From the IMG/VR virus record IMGVR_UViG_3300018013_000001, positions 6,028 to 70,027 of that record: a stretch of 64,000 bases of DNA. The stretch is one strand, 5' to 3'. This stretch comes from a virus. The position numbers were made by a program, and so were the translations under genes. Below are positions 17,707 to 26,594 of this stretch, in pieces. Every line of letters begins with the position of its first letter. Positions within the stretch are counted from its first letter, which is position 1. Below the pieces are notes generated by a model. It was given only the letters and a program-made list of their open reading frames with translations. It was not told where the DNA came from and searched no databases.

Positions 17707-19091
17707 CCGAAAGTTATCAAGATTTCATAGAGCGAAAGTCTCAGCTTCAAGGGATGGACGGCCTGAAAGCTAAATGGATTCCCAGCGTGATGTTCGACTT
17801 TCAGGCCTTCTTGACGGAGTGGGCTTTGTTGAGGGCTCGTGCCGCGATCTTTCTGGACTGCGGACTGGGAAAGACTTTGATGGAGTTCGTGTGGGCTCAG
17901 AATGTGGCAGAAGAAACCAACAAGCCGGTCTTGATTTCATGCCCCTTAGCCGTCAGCTACCAGATGCTCAAGGAAGCGAACAAGTTCGGAATAGAGCTGC
18001 ATCGCTCGTCGGATGGGAAGGCGCATAAACCGATCACGGTCACGAACTATCAACGACTTCATCTTTTCAATGAGGCTGAATTCTCGGGCATGGTGTGCGA
18101 CGAGTCGGGCATTTTGAAAGGGTATGACGGCGCGACGCGGAAGATCATCACGAACTTCATGCGCAAGATGAAGTACCGCTTGCTGGCGACGGCGACTCCG
18201 GCCCCAAACGACTACATCGAGCTCGGCAACTCGTCGGAAGCTCTCGGCTATCTTGGTTCACCGGAGATGCTGGTTCGGTTCTTCAAGAACGAGCAGAACA
18301 ATTCTGATCAAAAGAGCAAATGGGTTGGCAAGGGCGGTGGGACTCCGAAATGGAGATTCAAGGGCCACGCGGAGGAGCATTTCTGGCGTTGGGTATGCTC
18401 TTGGGCACGGGCTGGACGAAAGCCATCTGATGTTGGTCAGTTCTCGGACGAGAAGTTCATTCTGCCCGGCCTGATTCAACGCGACTGGATTGTGGAGCCC
18501 AGGTCGTTGCCCGAAGGGAAACTATTTCAAGTTCCAGCTTTCAGCCTCTATGAGCAGCGCGAGGAGAGGCGCAGGACGATTCGCGAGCGGTGTGAGAAGG
18601 TTGCAGAATTGGTGTCGGAAAAGAGCCAGCGGCCGGCTGCCGTTTGGTGCCATTTGAATCCCGAGGGGGATCTTCTGGAGAAGATGATTCCCGACTGCAT
18701 CCAGGTCAAGGGTGCCGACAGCGACGATGAGAAGGAAGAGAAGTTGATGGCTTTCACCAACCTCCAAGCCGACTGCATCGTGAGCAAGAGCCAGATCGCC
18801 GGATGGGGCCTTAACTGGCAGCACTGTTGGCACCAGACCCACTTTCCAACCCATTCGTTCGAGCAATGGTTTCAGTCCGTGCGCCGCTCTCTGCGCTTCG
18901 GTCAGACGCGAAAAGTCTTGCTCGATCTGATTTCAACCGAGGGCGAGAAGATCGTGATGGATAACCTGAAATCCAAAGCTGTCGCCGCTGACAGGATGTT
19001 TGATAGGATCGTGGCGCTGATGAGCAAAGAGCTGAAGATAAATCGCCGGGAGCAGTTTGATGAGGCCGAGATGATCCCGGCCTGGATGTAG
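17703..19091 (+). CDS. SNF2-like helicase
   Basis: DCGLGKT, DES, TATPAPND, GLNWQH, RRSLRFGQ. Confidence 0.85.
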   Translation: MTESYQDFIERKSQLQGMDGLKAKWIPSVMFDFQAFLTEWALLRARAAIFLDCGLGKTLMEFVWAQNVAEETNKPVLISCPLAVSYQMLKEANKFGIELHRSSDGKAHKPITVTNYQRLHLFNEAEFSGMVCDESGILKGYDGATRKIITNFMRKMKYRLLATATPAPNDYIELGNSSEALGYLGSPEMLVRFFKNEQNNSDQKSKWVGKGGGTPKWRFKGHAEEHFWRWVCSWARAGRKPSDVGQFSDEKFILPGLIQRDWIVEPRSLPEGKLFQVPAFSLYEQREERRRTIRERCEKVAELVSEKSQRPAAVWCHLNPEGDLLEKMIPDCIQVKGADSDDEKEEKLMAFTNLQADCIVSKSQIAGWGLNWQHCWHQTHFPTHSFEQWFQSVRRSLRFGQTRKVLLDLISTEGEKIVMDNLKSKAVAADRMFDRIVALMSKELKINRREQFDEAEMIPAWM

Positions 19092-19096
19092 GAGAG

Positions 19097-20197
19097 GTGG
19101 TCATGGCCGTTCAAGAGCAAAAAGTGACGGAACGATATGCGGTCTACCTCGGGGACGCCATCGAAGTTCTGAAGAACTTCCGAAAGGAATCCGTTCACCT
19201 TTCGATCTACTCCCCGCCGTTCGCCACTTCCGGGGGTGCCCTTTACAGGTATTCATCGAGCGAACGAGATATTTCAAACTCGTTGAGCTATGAGCAATTC
19301 TTCGATCATTATAGCTACCTAATGCATGAAGTGTGGAGGCTGACCATGCCGGGGCGAATCAGTGCGGTCCACTGCATGGACATCGCTTCTGGGAATACGG
19401 GCAACGATCATTTGACCGACTTCCCCGGTGACATTATCCGTCTCCACGCGGGCTGCCGCGAAAAAAACTGCAAGGCGAATCACTACGACCGCACGAGCGG
19501 AAAATGCGGACACGGCCTCTGGCATCACACCGGGCGCTACTGCGTCTGGAAAGAACCTCTCAAGGTGAGGAACAGGACGATGGCCAAGCATCTTTTCCAC
19601 AAGGTTGCCGTGGAAGATTCGGCGCGTTGCAGCCCGGCTCTCGCCGATTATGTTCTGATTTTCAGAAAGAAGGGTGACAACGCGGTCCCGATTGCTCATC
19701 CACGCGGCCTGATCTATTATGCCGGAGAGCGCAAGCCCCCGGCAGACGTGCTTCATTACAAGGGCTGGAAGGGGGATCAGATTCAGAACAGATACTCGCA
19801 TTGGATTTGGCGTCAATATGCGTCTGCCTTTTGGGATGACATCCGCGTTGATCACGTTCTGAAGCACCGGCAGGCTAGGGACGAGCAGGACGAGGACCAT
19901 GTTCATCCGCTCCAACTGGACGTCATCGACCGGATCGTTACGCTCTGGTCGAATCCTGGAGAGACCGTGTTGAGCCCATGCGCGGGAGTAGGCAGCGAAG
20001 TCTACGGAGCTCTGTGTAATGATCGGAGAGCCATCGGCGTGGAACTCAAGCCGTCCTATTATCGGATGATGCTGAAAAACATCTCTGAGGCTAAAGTTCG
20101 GGAAGATGATGACGAGCCGACCTTCAGTTTTTACGAGAAATCAACAGAGGGGGAAGTTGAGGATGTCGAAGCTGAAGAGGCCGAAGCAACCGCCTAA
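19097..20197 (+). CDS. DNA N4-cytosine/N6-adenine methyltransferase (beta-type motif order)
   Basis: YSPPF (motif IV) precedes HPLQLDVI...VLSPCAGVGSE (motif I) and GVELKPSY. Confidence 0.85.
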   Translation: MVMAVQEQKVTERYAVYLGDAIEVLKNFRKESVHLSIYSPPFATSGGALYRYSSSERDISNSLSYEQFFDHYSYLMHEVWRLTMPGRISAVHCMDIASGNTGNDHLTDFPGDIIRLHAGCREKNCKANHYDRTSGKCGHGLWHHTGRYCVWKEPLKVRNRTMAKHLFHKVAVEDSARCSPALADYVLIFRKKGDNAVPIAHPRGLIYYAGERKPPADVLHYKGWKGDQIQNRYSHWIWRQYASAFWDDIRVDHVLKHRQARDEQDEDHVHPLQLDVIDRIVTLWSNPGETVLSPCAGVGSEVYGALCNDRRAIGVELKPSYYRMMLKNISEAKVREDDDEPTFSFYEKSTEGEVEDVEAEEAEATA

Positions 20198-20366
20198 AGA
20201 GAAAAGCATGTGCGAATGCGGCGAGGGGTTTGATGTGATCTCGGAATCTCCACGCTTGGCCATGATGCAGTGCATTAACAAAAAATGTAATAATTTTGGC
20301 AGAACGGCCATCGGTCCTAACCTGAGCTATCTGGAACTGTTGAACAGAATGGAGCGGACGACATGA
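20163..20366 (+). CDS. Small Cys-containing hypothetical protein
   Basis: CECG...CxNxxC; GAGG RBS. Confidence 0.4.
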   Translation: MSKLKRPKQPPKEKSMCECGEGFDVISESPRLAMMQCINKKCNNFGRTAIGPNLSYLELLNRMERTT

Positions 20367-20554
20367 AGATCACTCAAGAGCAGAAAGGGTTCAACGAGGA
20401 CATGATTCACCGCAGCGATCTGCTGCACAAAGCTATGGATCCTCCTGGGGAAGCGGGAAAGGCCCCTAGGATGCCATTTGCCAGCGTCAGGAGCCAATCC
20501 TAGGCGTTGTCGGGCAAGAACTATAGCAAGGGCCAAGCAAGAAAGGACGGAGAC

Positions 20555-20815
20555 ATGAGAATTTGCAGATGGTGCCAAGCAGCTTTTGAGCCAAAAGCAA
20601 AGAATCAACTCTCATGTTGCCCGCAGCACACGGCGGCATACTGGGCTTGGAAGCGTCCGGTAGCCAGGATAAGGCGCAAAGCCATGAACAAGAGGATCAG
20701 GAAAGGGGTTTCAGGAGGGAAGCGTCTTGTTACAAGGGCTGGACTCAGCCTTGCGGCTGATTGGTTGGCTGAAAAGTGGAGGGTAACCAACGGAATCCGC
20801 TTGGAGTGCGGATAA
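20555..20815 (+). CDS. Small zinc-binding hypothetical protein
   Basis: MRICRWCQAAFEP....Q..CCPQH; GGAG RBS. Confidence 0.5.
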   Translation: MRICRWCQAAFEPKAKNQLSCCPQHTAAYWAWKRPVARIRRKAMNKRIRKGVSGGKRLVTRAGLSLAADWLAEKWRVTNGIRLECG

Positions 20816-20821
20816 ACAGAA

Positions 20822-20839
20822 AGTCCATTATAATGGACT
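20822..20839. promoter_or_regulatory. Perfect 18-bp palindrome AGTCCATTATAATGGACT (copy 3)
   Basis: Exact inverted repeat containing TATAAT on both strands, 13 nt before ATG 20853. Confidence 0.65.
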
Positions 20840-20852
20840 CGGAGAACAAACC

Positions 20853-21341
20853 ATGGCGATCACGATGCAGATAAGCCTGCCGGGATTCACGACGAAGGCC
20901 CAGCAGAAGTTCAACAAGAGGTCGGGCCAGCTCGTGGCGGCCCTGAATCAGCGGATGCGCAAGAAAGGATTCTCCGGTAATCTTCCTCTGAAGAAGGGAC
21001 GCGAGATTCTGGCGTCGGGCGTTGGTCAGCCGTGCAAGTTCTGCGGAGAGCGGATCAAGATCAGCACGATGAGCCCGGATCATCCGATGCCGATAGCGCG
21101 GGGTGGTGATCCCTGGACGATGGAGTGCATCTGCATCTCGTGTCAGAGAGAAAAGGGAGAACTCACGGCCGAGGAGTTCGCGCAGTTCCTGGCGGACGTC
21201 AGGAAATACTCGCCGGAAGCTCAGGCGGATATTCATCAACGGATGAGGGCTGGAGGGGCGTTCGCTAAGATGCAATTCGCCATGCGTCGAATGATGGCAA
21301 GCAAGGACAAGATGCGCGAAGCATTGCCCGGTCAAGTGTAG
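20853..21341 (+). CDS. HNH-like nuclease
   Basis: CKFCG...SPDHPMPIARGG...CICISCQREKG. Confidence 0.7.
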   Translation: MAITMQISLPGFTTKAQQKFNKRSGQLVAALNQRMRKKGFSGNLPLKKGREILASGVGQPCKFCGERIKISTMSPDHPMPIARGGDPWTMECICISCQREKGELTAEEFAQFLADVRKYSPEAQADIHQRMRAGGAFAKMQFAMRRMMASKDKMREALPGQV

Positions 21342-21353
21342 GCAGAATGAGTT

Positions 21354-22025
21354 ATGAGCGAGAGCTGTGGTAGATGCCCTCGTTTCCATGAAGGTGATCC
21401 AGGAGGCCAAGAAATGATCAAAGATGAGAGGTTTGAACAATGGTGGCGAGAATGGGTAGCTGTTCCGTACATGCAATCTAAGGATACGGCAAGAGCGGGT
21501 TGGGACGCTGCTATAGCCGAGATGCAGAAGCCCCAGGATCTCTCGACCTGCCCAGTGGGGCATTCGAGGGCGGAGCTGAGAAACATTGATATGGGCCAGC
21601 ACACTACAAAAAAAGGAGATAATCCCCCGACGCGGGCTACTTTTATGTGCTGCGGAGCTTGCCTTGACCAAGCTGAGGCCGTCACCAAGGCCGAAGCCGT
21701 GACCGTGGAGAGGTGCTCAATACTAGTGTGCGCCCTCTGTACAGAAGGCAATCCTGTTGAGTGGCAAGAGTCCAAGCAGCGTTGGATTCACCGGGATACC
21801 GGCATCACGGTAAAGTGTGGAGCATCTGAGATTCGCTCCCTCCGCCCTGACCCGGACTTCCTGAACCGCGTGCGGCTGGAGGCGAGGCTGGAAGAGGCCA
21901 AGCTGGGATTGCATTACGCCAGTTGTGATCCTAGTCAAGGGGGATGCTGGCAGGAACGGCGCATTGCCGACCTCAAGCGCCAGATCAGGGAGGAGGGGGT
22001 GCAAAGTGGCGGTAAGCCCAGGTAA
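21354..22025 (+). CDS. Hypothetical protein (modular, Cys-rich)
   Basis: 223 aa ORF in operon. Confidence 0.55.
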   Translation: MSESCGRCPRFHEGDPGGQEMIKDERFEQWWREWVAVPYMQSKDTARAGWDAAIAEMQKPQDLSTCPVGHSRAELRNIDMGQHTTKKGDNPPTRATFMCCGACLDQAEAVTKAEAVTVERCSILVCALCTEGNPVEWQESKQRWIHRDTGITVKCGASEIRSLRPDPDFLNRVRLEARLEEAKLGLHYASCDPSQGGCWQERRIADLKRQIREEGVQSGGKPR

Positions 22026-22056
22026 GCCGTACGGGAAAGAGAAAGGGTGGCGAAGC

Positions 22057-22617
22057 ATGTCGATGAGTGAAAGAGAACTTCAAATCCAAAAGTTTGAGGA
22101 AATCTGCCGTCTAACCGCAGAGCTTGCTAAGTCAAAGTTCCAGTTGGCAGCGGCGCAACGTGAGCTTGGCAAGGCTGCTTCCAATTCTGTGAGGTTTTGT
22201 ATCGAGCTTCAGCGGGCGCAGGATGAAGTGAAACGCCTCATCAAAGCCAACGAGAAGTTACATGCGAAGTGCGCGGAGATGCGACAACACCTGGTCCTTC
22301 CAGCCATCAATCGGAAAGGATTCTACTGCGTCGTGTGCAATAACGGCCAACCCCGTGACGAGGGTGAGGTCGCGTGTACCCAGGATGGAACCGAAAAGCA
22401 CTCTGCCGAGTGCATTCTTGCCGGCGACAACCCCGGCGCGGCTCTGCTGAAGGAACTAACGGCGCTCAGGCGGGTGAGGGATGCCCTGGAAAGCCTAATG
22501 TCTCTCTTAGAGTTGGAACTTACAGGCTTTCCTAAGAATGTTCCGAAGTCCACATGGGCAGCGCAATGGGATGTTGTCTGTGAGGCTTTGGCTACGTGCC
22601 CCAAGGCAAAGGAATGA
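22057..22617 (+). CDS. Hypothetical coiled-coil protein with CxxC...HxxxC
   Basis: ORF in operon. Confidence 0.55.
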   Translation: MSMSERELQIQKFEEICRLTAELAKSKFQLAAAQRELGKAASNSVRFCIELQRAQDEVKRLIKANEKLHAKCAEMRQHLVLPAINRKGFYCVVCNNGQPRDEGEVACTQDGTEKHSAECILAGDNPGAALLKELTALRRVRDALESLMSLLELELTGFPKNVPKSTWAAQWDVVCEALATCPKAKE

Positions 22618-22770
22618 CCCCCCGATAGGGTTATGGGAAAGGCTGACACGTTTTGAGCATGGACACTTCCGGAGCCTATACCCGTTTGCAAAGATTGTGC
22701 TCCGAGCTGGCAGTTCCCGATTCAGGTTCCGTTTCAGGTACGGTAGTGGCTGCTGACATAGGAGAATCTA

Positions 22771-23085
22771 ATGGCAAAACGAATTCAGCGGAAACGCACA
22801 AAGGGCTGGAGGATGCCCGAGGGCGTTGTCTACGTTGGGAGGCCGTCCAAATGGGGTAATCCTCTTCCCATGTCGAGGTATGTTGACGCCCAAACCTGCA
22901 TAGATGATTATAAAACTCTCGTGTACGTTGAAAAACCAGAATCATTTCGCGACTCAATTAGGAAAGAATTGCGCGGCAAGGATTTAGCCTGCTGGTGTAG
23001 CCTGTCAAGCCCTTGCCACGGGGACATCCTCTTGGAAATAGCGAACGGCCCGCACCAGACATTGAGGCTTTCGCTGGCGGGGTGA
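22771..23085 (+). CDS. DUF4326-family protein
   Basis: RIQRKRTKGWR, YVGRPSKWGNP, LRGKDLACWC...CHGDIL. Confidence 0.9.
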   Translation: MAKRIQRKRTKGWRMPEGVVYVGRPSKWGNPLPMSRYVDAQTCIDDYKTLVYVEKPESFRDSIRKELRGKDLACWCSLSSPCHGDILLEIANGPHQTLRLSLAG

Positions 23086-23138
23086 CGGGCCTGAGCCTGT
23101 CGCGGATATGAAGTCAAAGCCGGTTTGACTGAGGAGAT

Positions 23139-23360
23139 ATGGTGATGGTAAAGCGCCGAAAGCGTAGCCGTAACATTAAGAAGCAGGAAGCGGTTGTTTC
23201 CGCTTTGTGGAACTTTGCCGCAGACATAACAAAGCGGGGGCTGGAAGGTACACAGTGCGCAAATGTGCGTCTCGGCGTCTCCGTTTCTCTAAAGCATATT
23301 GGGACGGCTTTGGGATCAATCATGGACGTCTTCGGATATGATGTTGCGGAAGTTCAATAA
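23139..23360 (+). CDS. Hypothetical protein
   Basis: GAGGAG RBS. Confidence 0.5.
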   Translation: MVMVKRRKRSRNIKKQEAVVSALWNFAADITKRGLEGTQCANVRLGVSVSLKHIGTALGSIMDVFGYDVAEVQ

Positions 23361-23452
23361 ACGTGTGAGCAGGCTCCTCCGTCGCGCTGAGTTCTCCCTC
23401 TCCTGCGGCGGAGTCCTGCTCGCCAATGACGAAACATGAAAAGGAGAATGAA

Positions 23453-23812
23453 ATGAAAAAGGTTTGGATGATGGTTTGCATTTTGGGGATCGTGGGCAAC
23501 GTCACCTCCGGCCAACAAGGCCAGAAGGTTCCGCAAACATCTCAAGGGCCTCAGATGGTTCAGTTGAGTCCTTCAGGAAAGCTGGCATTCAGGACCGTTC
23601 AGCAGGAGCTTGCACAGCTTCAGGCAGACATCAACGAACTCGTGTCGGCAGAGGTAAAAGTACAGGGCTTGACGGGAGAAGGGTGGCAGCTTAATTTTCA
23701 GACAGGTATGTTGGTGCGGGTACCTCCCGCAACTCCACCACCAGCCAATCCTCCTGCGGCCCAGCCGGAAAAGAGCAAGGCGGCCATCGGGCAGGAAAAG
23801 CAGAAGCGGTAA
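23453..23812 (+). CDS. Hypothetical exported protein
   Basis: MKKVWMMVCILGIVG signal-like start, AGGAG RBS. Confidence 0.55.
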   Translation: MKKVWMMVCILGIVGNVTSGQQGQKVPQTSQGPQMVQLSPSGKLAFRTVQQELAQLQADINELVSAEVKVQGLTGEGWQLNFQTGMLVRVPPATPPPANPPAAQPEKSKAAIGQEKQKR

Positions 23813-23823
23813 CGGGAGTTTCG

Positions 23824-23954
23824 CCGGGCGCTCTGCCCTGTCTCTTCCTTGGCGCGGACGATCGTAAAGAGCCAAGGGTGGCGGGAGAGTAGAGGTTGTT
23901 CGTAGTGGAGCCCTGTTCCCTCCCTCGACTGAGGGGACGGGGCAGAGCGCCCGG
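23824..23954 (+). ncRNA. Candidate structured RNA / long stem-loop
   Basis: CCGGGCGCTCTGCCCTGTCTC pairs with GGGACGGGGCAGAGCGCCCGG (G-U allowed); internal CCTTGGC/GCCAAGG hairpin. Confidence 0.45.
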
Positions 23955-23956
23955 AG

Positions 23957-23974
23957 AGTCTGTTATAATGGACT
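23957..23974. promoter_or_regulatory. Copy 4 of the palindromic box (AGTCTGTTATAATGGACT), containing an extended -10 TGtTATAAT
   Basis: Upstream of the GGAGG RBS and GTG 24007. Confidence 0.6.
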
Positions 23975-24006
23975 CCTGAAAAAGCGATTGAAATCGGAGG
24001 GCCGAA

Positions 24007-24930
24007 GTGGTAAAACGCAAGGCAATGAAGCATAAGCCGATCACGCATCTCAAAGACTTGCATGCTGATCCGCGCAACGCTCGACTCCACGACAAGCGCA
24101 ACATCGGCATGATTGAGCAATCGCTTGAGCAGTATGGTGCCGCGCGATCAATCGTGATAGATGAAACCGGCCAGATTATCGCTGGGCACGGAGTTCTAGA
24201 AGGTGCCGCCAACGTGGGGATCGAAAAGGTGATTTCTGTAGAGGCTACCGGCAACGAGATCGTGGCCGTGGTACGCCGTGGCCTGACGCCGAAGCAGAAA
24301 GCGGAGTTGGCGATTGCCGATAACAGAGCATCAGATTTGAGCGAGATGGACCCTGCAATGCTGAAGTCTCTTTCCGATGAAGGGCTGGCCGATCTTGACA
24401 AGTTCTTCTTCCCGGAGGAATTGACGGCGCTCTTTGCCAATGCTCTCACGGAAGGCGACGCTGAGCACATCACGCCCGAAGAAGCGCACAAGACGCTGGC
24501 GGAGAGGTTCATTGTGCCTCCGTTCTCCGTGTTGGATGCCCGGCAGGGCTATTGGCAGGACCGCAAGCGGGCTTGGCTAGCACTGGGGATTCAGAGTGAA
24601 CTGGGACGCAGGGAAACGAACTGCCCTGGCAGCCCTGGCGATAAGCGTGGCCCGGAGTGGAAACATTTCGCAGGTGACAAACAAACAAACAAAGCCAAAC
24701 CTTCAAGGGCGGAGCACTATTCAGAGGCGGCGAATTCAGCGACCCGATTGACGCCAAGAACGCCTTCGGAAAGCGGATTGCAGAGAGAGAGAGAGAGAGA
24801 GAATATCAGCCTTCAAGAGCCAAGGGCGGCTAAACGAATTTCAGCATCGCCGGGCGGTTCACCAAGGCCAGCGGCAGACTACAGCAAAAGGCAGCGGGGT
24901 GATGGAAGGGGAAGGCCGATAGATGGGTAA
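24007..24930 (+). CDS. ParB/Srx-like N-terminal domain plus N-terminal part of a phage DNA methyltransferase
   Basis: PRNARLH...SLEQYG..RSIVID...IAGHG...ADNR, then LAERFIVPPFSVLDARQGYWQDRKRAWLALGIQSELGR. Confidence 0.8.
   Translation: MVKRKAMKHKPITHLKDLHADPRNARLHDKRNIGMIEQSLEQYGAARSIVIDETGQIIAGHGVLEGAANVGIEKVISVEATGNEIVAVVRRGLTPKQKAELAIADNRASDLSEMDPAMLKSLSDEGLADLDKFFFPEELTALFANALTEGDAEHITPEEAHKTLAERFIVPPFSVLDARQGYWQDRKRAWLALGIQSELGRRETNCPGSPGDKRGPEWKHFAGDKQTNKAKPSRAEHYSEAANSATRLTPRTPSESGLQRERERENISLQEPRAAKRISASPGGSPRPAADYSKRQRGDGRGRPIDG
24678..24693 (+). repeat. (CAAA)4 microsatellite inside CDS
   Basis: Directly read. Confidence 0.85.
24782..24801 (+). repeat. (AG)10 microsatellite inside CDS
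   Basis: Directly read. Confidence 0.95.
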
Positions 24931-25923
24931 GAACGCGCGGTGTTTCGGGCAAGATCTGATGCGGGGAGAGAATGCGAAATTTAACCTGGGTCGTAGGCAG
25001 GCAGGCAGGCAGGCAGGCAGCTTGACGATACAAGCCAGCGAATTCTGAAAGGTGGAAGAAAGGCAATGGCCCGAACTTGGTCCGCATCCCCGAACGCTTT
25101 AGCGGAAAGAATTGAACGACTGAAGCCGGGGGAAGAATATCTTGAGACAGTATATGGTGCCGATGGGCAGCCAACCGGCACGAGCATATTCGATGCCACC
25201 CTCTGTGAATTGATCTATCGCTGGTTTTGCCCTCCCAAGAGCAAAGTACTCGACCCCTTCGCTGGGGGGAGTGTGCGTGGAATAGCGGCGGGCATCTTGG
25301 GCCTTGATTACGTGGGAATCGAGCTATCAAAGGGCCAGCTTGAGGCCAACCGAAAGCAAGCAAAGGATATTCTGAGTACTGGGGCGAACGGCTGGGCGGG
25401 AAAGAAAAGCTTTGGTCGAGTGCAGTGGATTGAAGGCGACGCCCTGAAAGCAGCGGTCCTCGCGCCGGGTAGCTACGATCTCATCTTCTCCCGTCCACCT
25501 TATGGGGATTTGGAGGTTTATTCGGATGATCCGCGCGATCTCTCCACAATGCCCCACGATAAATTCCTGGAGGCATACCGCCAGGTGATCCGCGTCTCTT
25601 GCGGAATGCTGAAGCCTAATCGCTTTGCCTGCTTCGTGGTGGGAGATTATCGTGACAAGCAGGGCTTTTACCGAAACTTCGTGAGCGATACGATTGCAGC
25701 TTTTGAATCAGCCCACATGAAGCTCTATAACGAAGCTATTTTGGTGACGGCGGTGGGAAGTCTGCCCATCCGCATCGGGACGGCCTTTGGGAAGTACCGC
25801 AAGTTGGGAAAGACCCATCAAAATGTGCTGGTGTTCTATAATGGCGATGTGCGGGAAATCCCAAAGGAATTTCCTGAGATTGAAGTTGTTGAGTTGGCAT
25901 CTGCCTCGATAGAAGAATCGTAA
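24923..25923 (+). CDS. DNA amino-methyltransferase, frameshifted at the (AGGC)6 tract (catalytic ORF 25066-25923)
   Basis: ATG 24923 overlaps the upstream stop and reads MGKNARCFGQDLMRGE in frame 2. After the repeat, frame 1 reads LDDTSQRIL...GTSIFD..LCELIYRWF...VLDPFAGGSVRG...GIEL...FSRPPY..LEVYS...KTHQNVLVF. Confidence 0.75.
24995..25020 (+). repeat. (AGGC)6-AG microsatellite
   Basis: Directly read. Confidence 0.95.
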
Positions 25924-25985
25924 AGCATGGGAAGCGATTTAAATCCCGCCTTGTAAATCATCCCCATAGCTGCTATATCTGACGC

Positions 25986-26594
25986 ATGGCCCCGCGCAAG
26001 CTCGACCTGAGAACCCGCCAGCGACTAATGAAGTCGAGGATGGGGAAGGCGCCCAAGCGCCAGCCTCCCAAGGTCAAGAAACCTGTCGGCAGGCCGCCCA
26101 TGTACAGCAAAGACAAGGCGGCTCGCATCTGCATCGAGATCGCCACGACGACCCGCAGCCTGAAGGACATCTGCGACAGCAATCCTACCTTTCCAGACCC
26201 AAGGACAGTTTATAAATGGCTTTCCTTGAATGAAGAGTTCAGGCAGATGTATCAATCAGCCAAGCAGGATCAGGCTCAGATTCTGGCTGACGAGCTGATC
26301 GCGATAGCCGACACTCCCAAGCACGGGCAAGTCATAACGGCGTGGCCCGGTCAGAAGGATAGGGCCGGGAATCCCAAGCCAAAAGAGATCAAGGTTGCCG
26401 ACATGATCGAGCACCGACGCCTTCAGATCGAGACGCGGCGCTGGCTGCTCTCAAAGCTCAGGCCGAGGGAGTATGGCGACAAGATCGAGGTGACTGAGGG
26501 AAGCGACCCACTGCAAGAGCTTCTGGACGCATGGCGCGAGGAGCACGCTCAGCAGGTGAAAAAGGAACAATCCAGTGTCAAGCCAGCGACTTAA
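25986..26594 (+). CDS. terS: Terminase small subunit
   Basis: GRPPMYS...ICIEIA...SL..IC...P...TVYKWL...ADELIAIAD...RLQIETRRWLLSKL.P..YGDK. Confidence 0.9.
   Translation: MAPRKLDLRTRQRLMKSRMGKAPKRQPPKVKKPVGRPPMYSKDKAARICIEIATTTRSLKDICDSNPTFPDPRTVYKWLSLNEEFRQMYQSAKQDQAQILADELIAIADTPKHGQVITAWPGQKDRAGNPKPKEIKVADMIEHRRLQIETRRWLLSKLRPREYGDKIEVTEGSDPLQELLDAWREEHAQQVKKEQSSVKPAT

Noticed and set aside
24920-24930. Stop-codon reassignment (TAG directly before in-frame ATG)
   Set aside because: TAG, TGA and TAA all terminate clear genes elsewhere (e.g. TAG at 34533, 43511, 63810), so the standard code applies.
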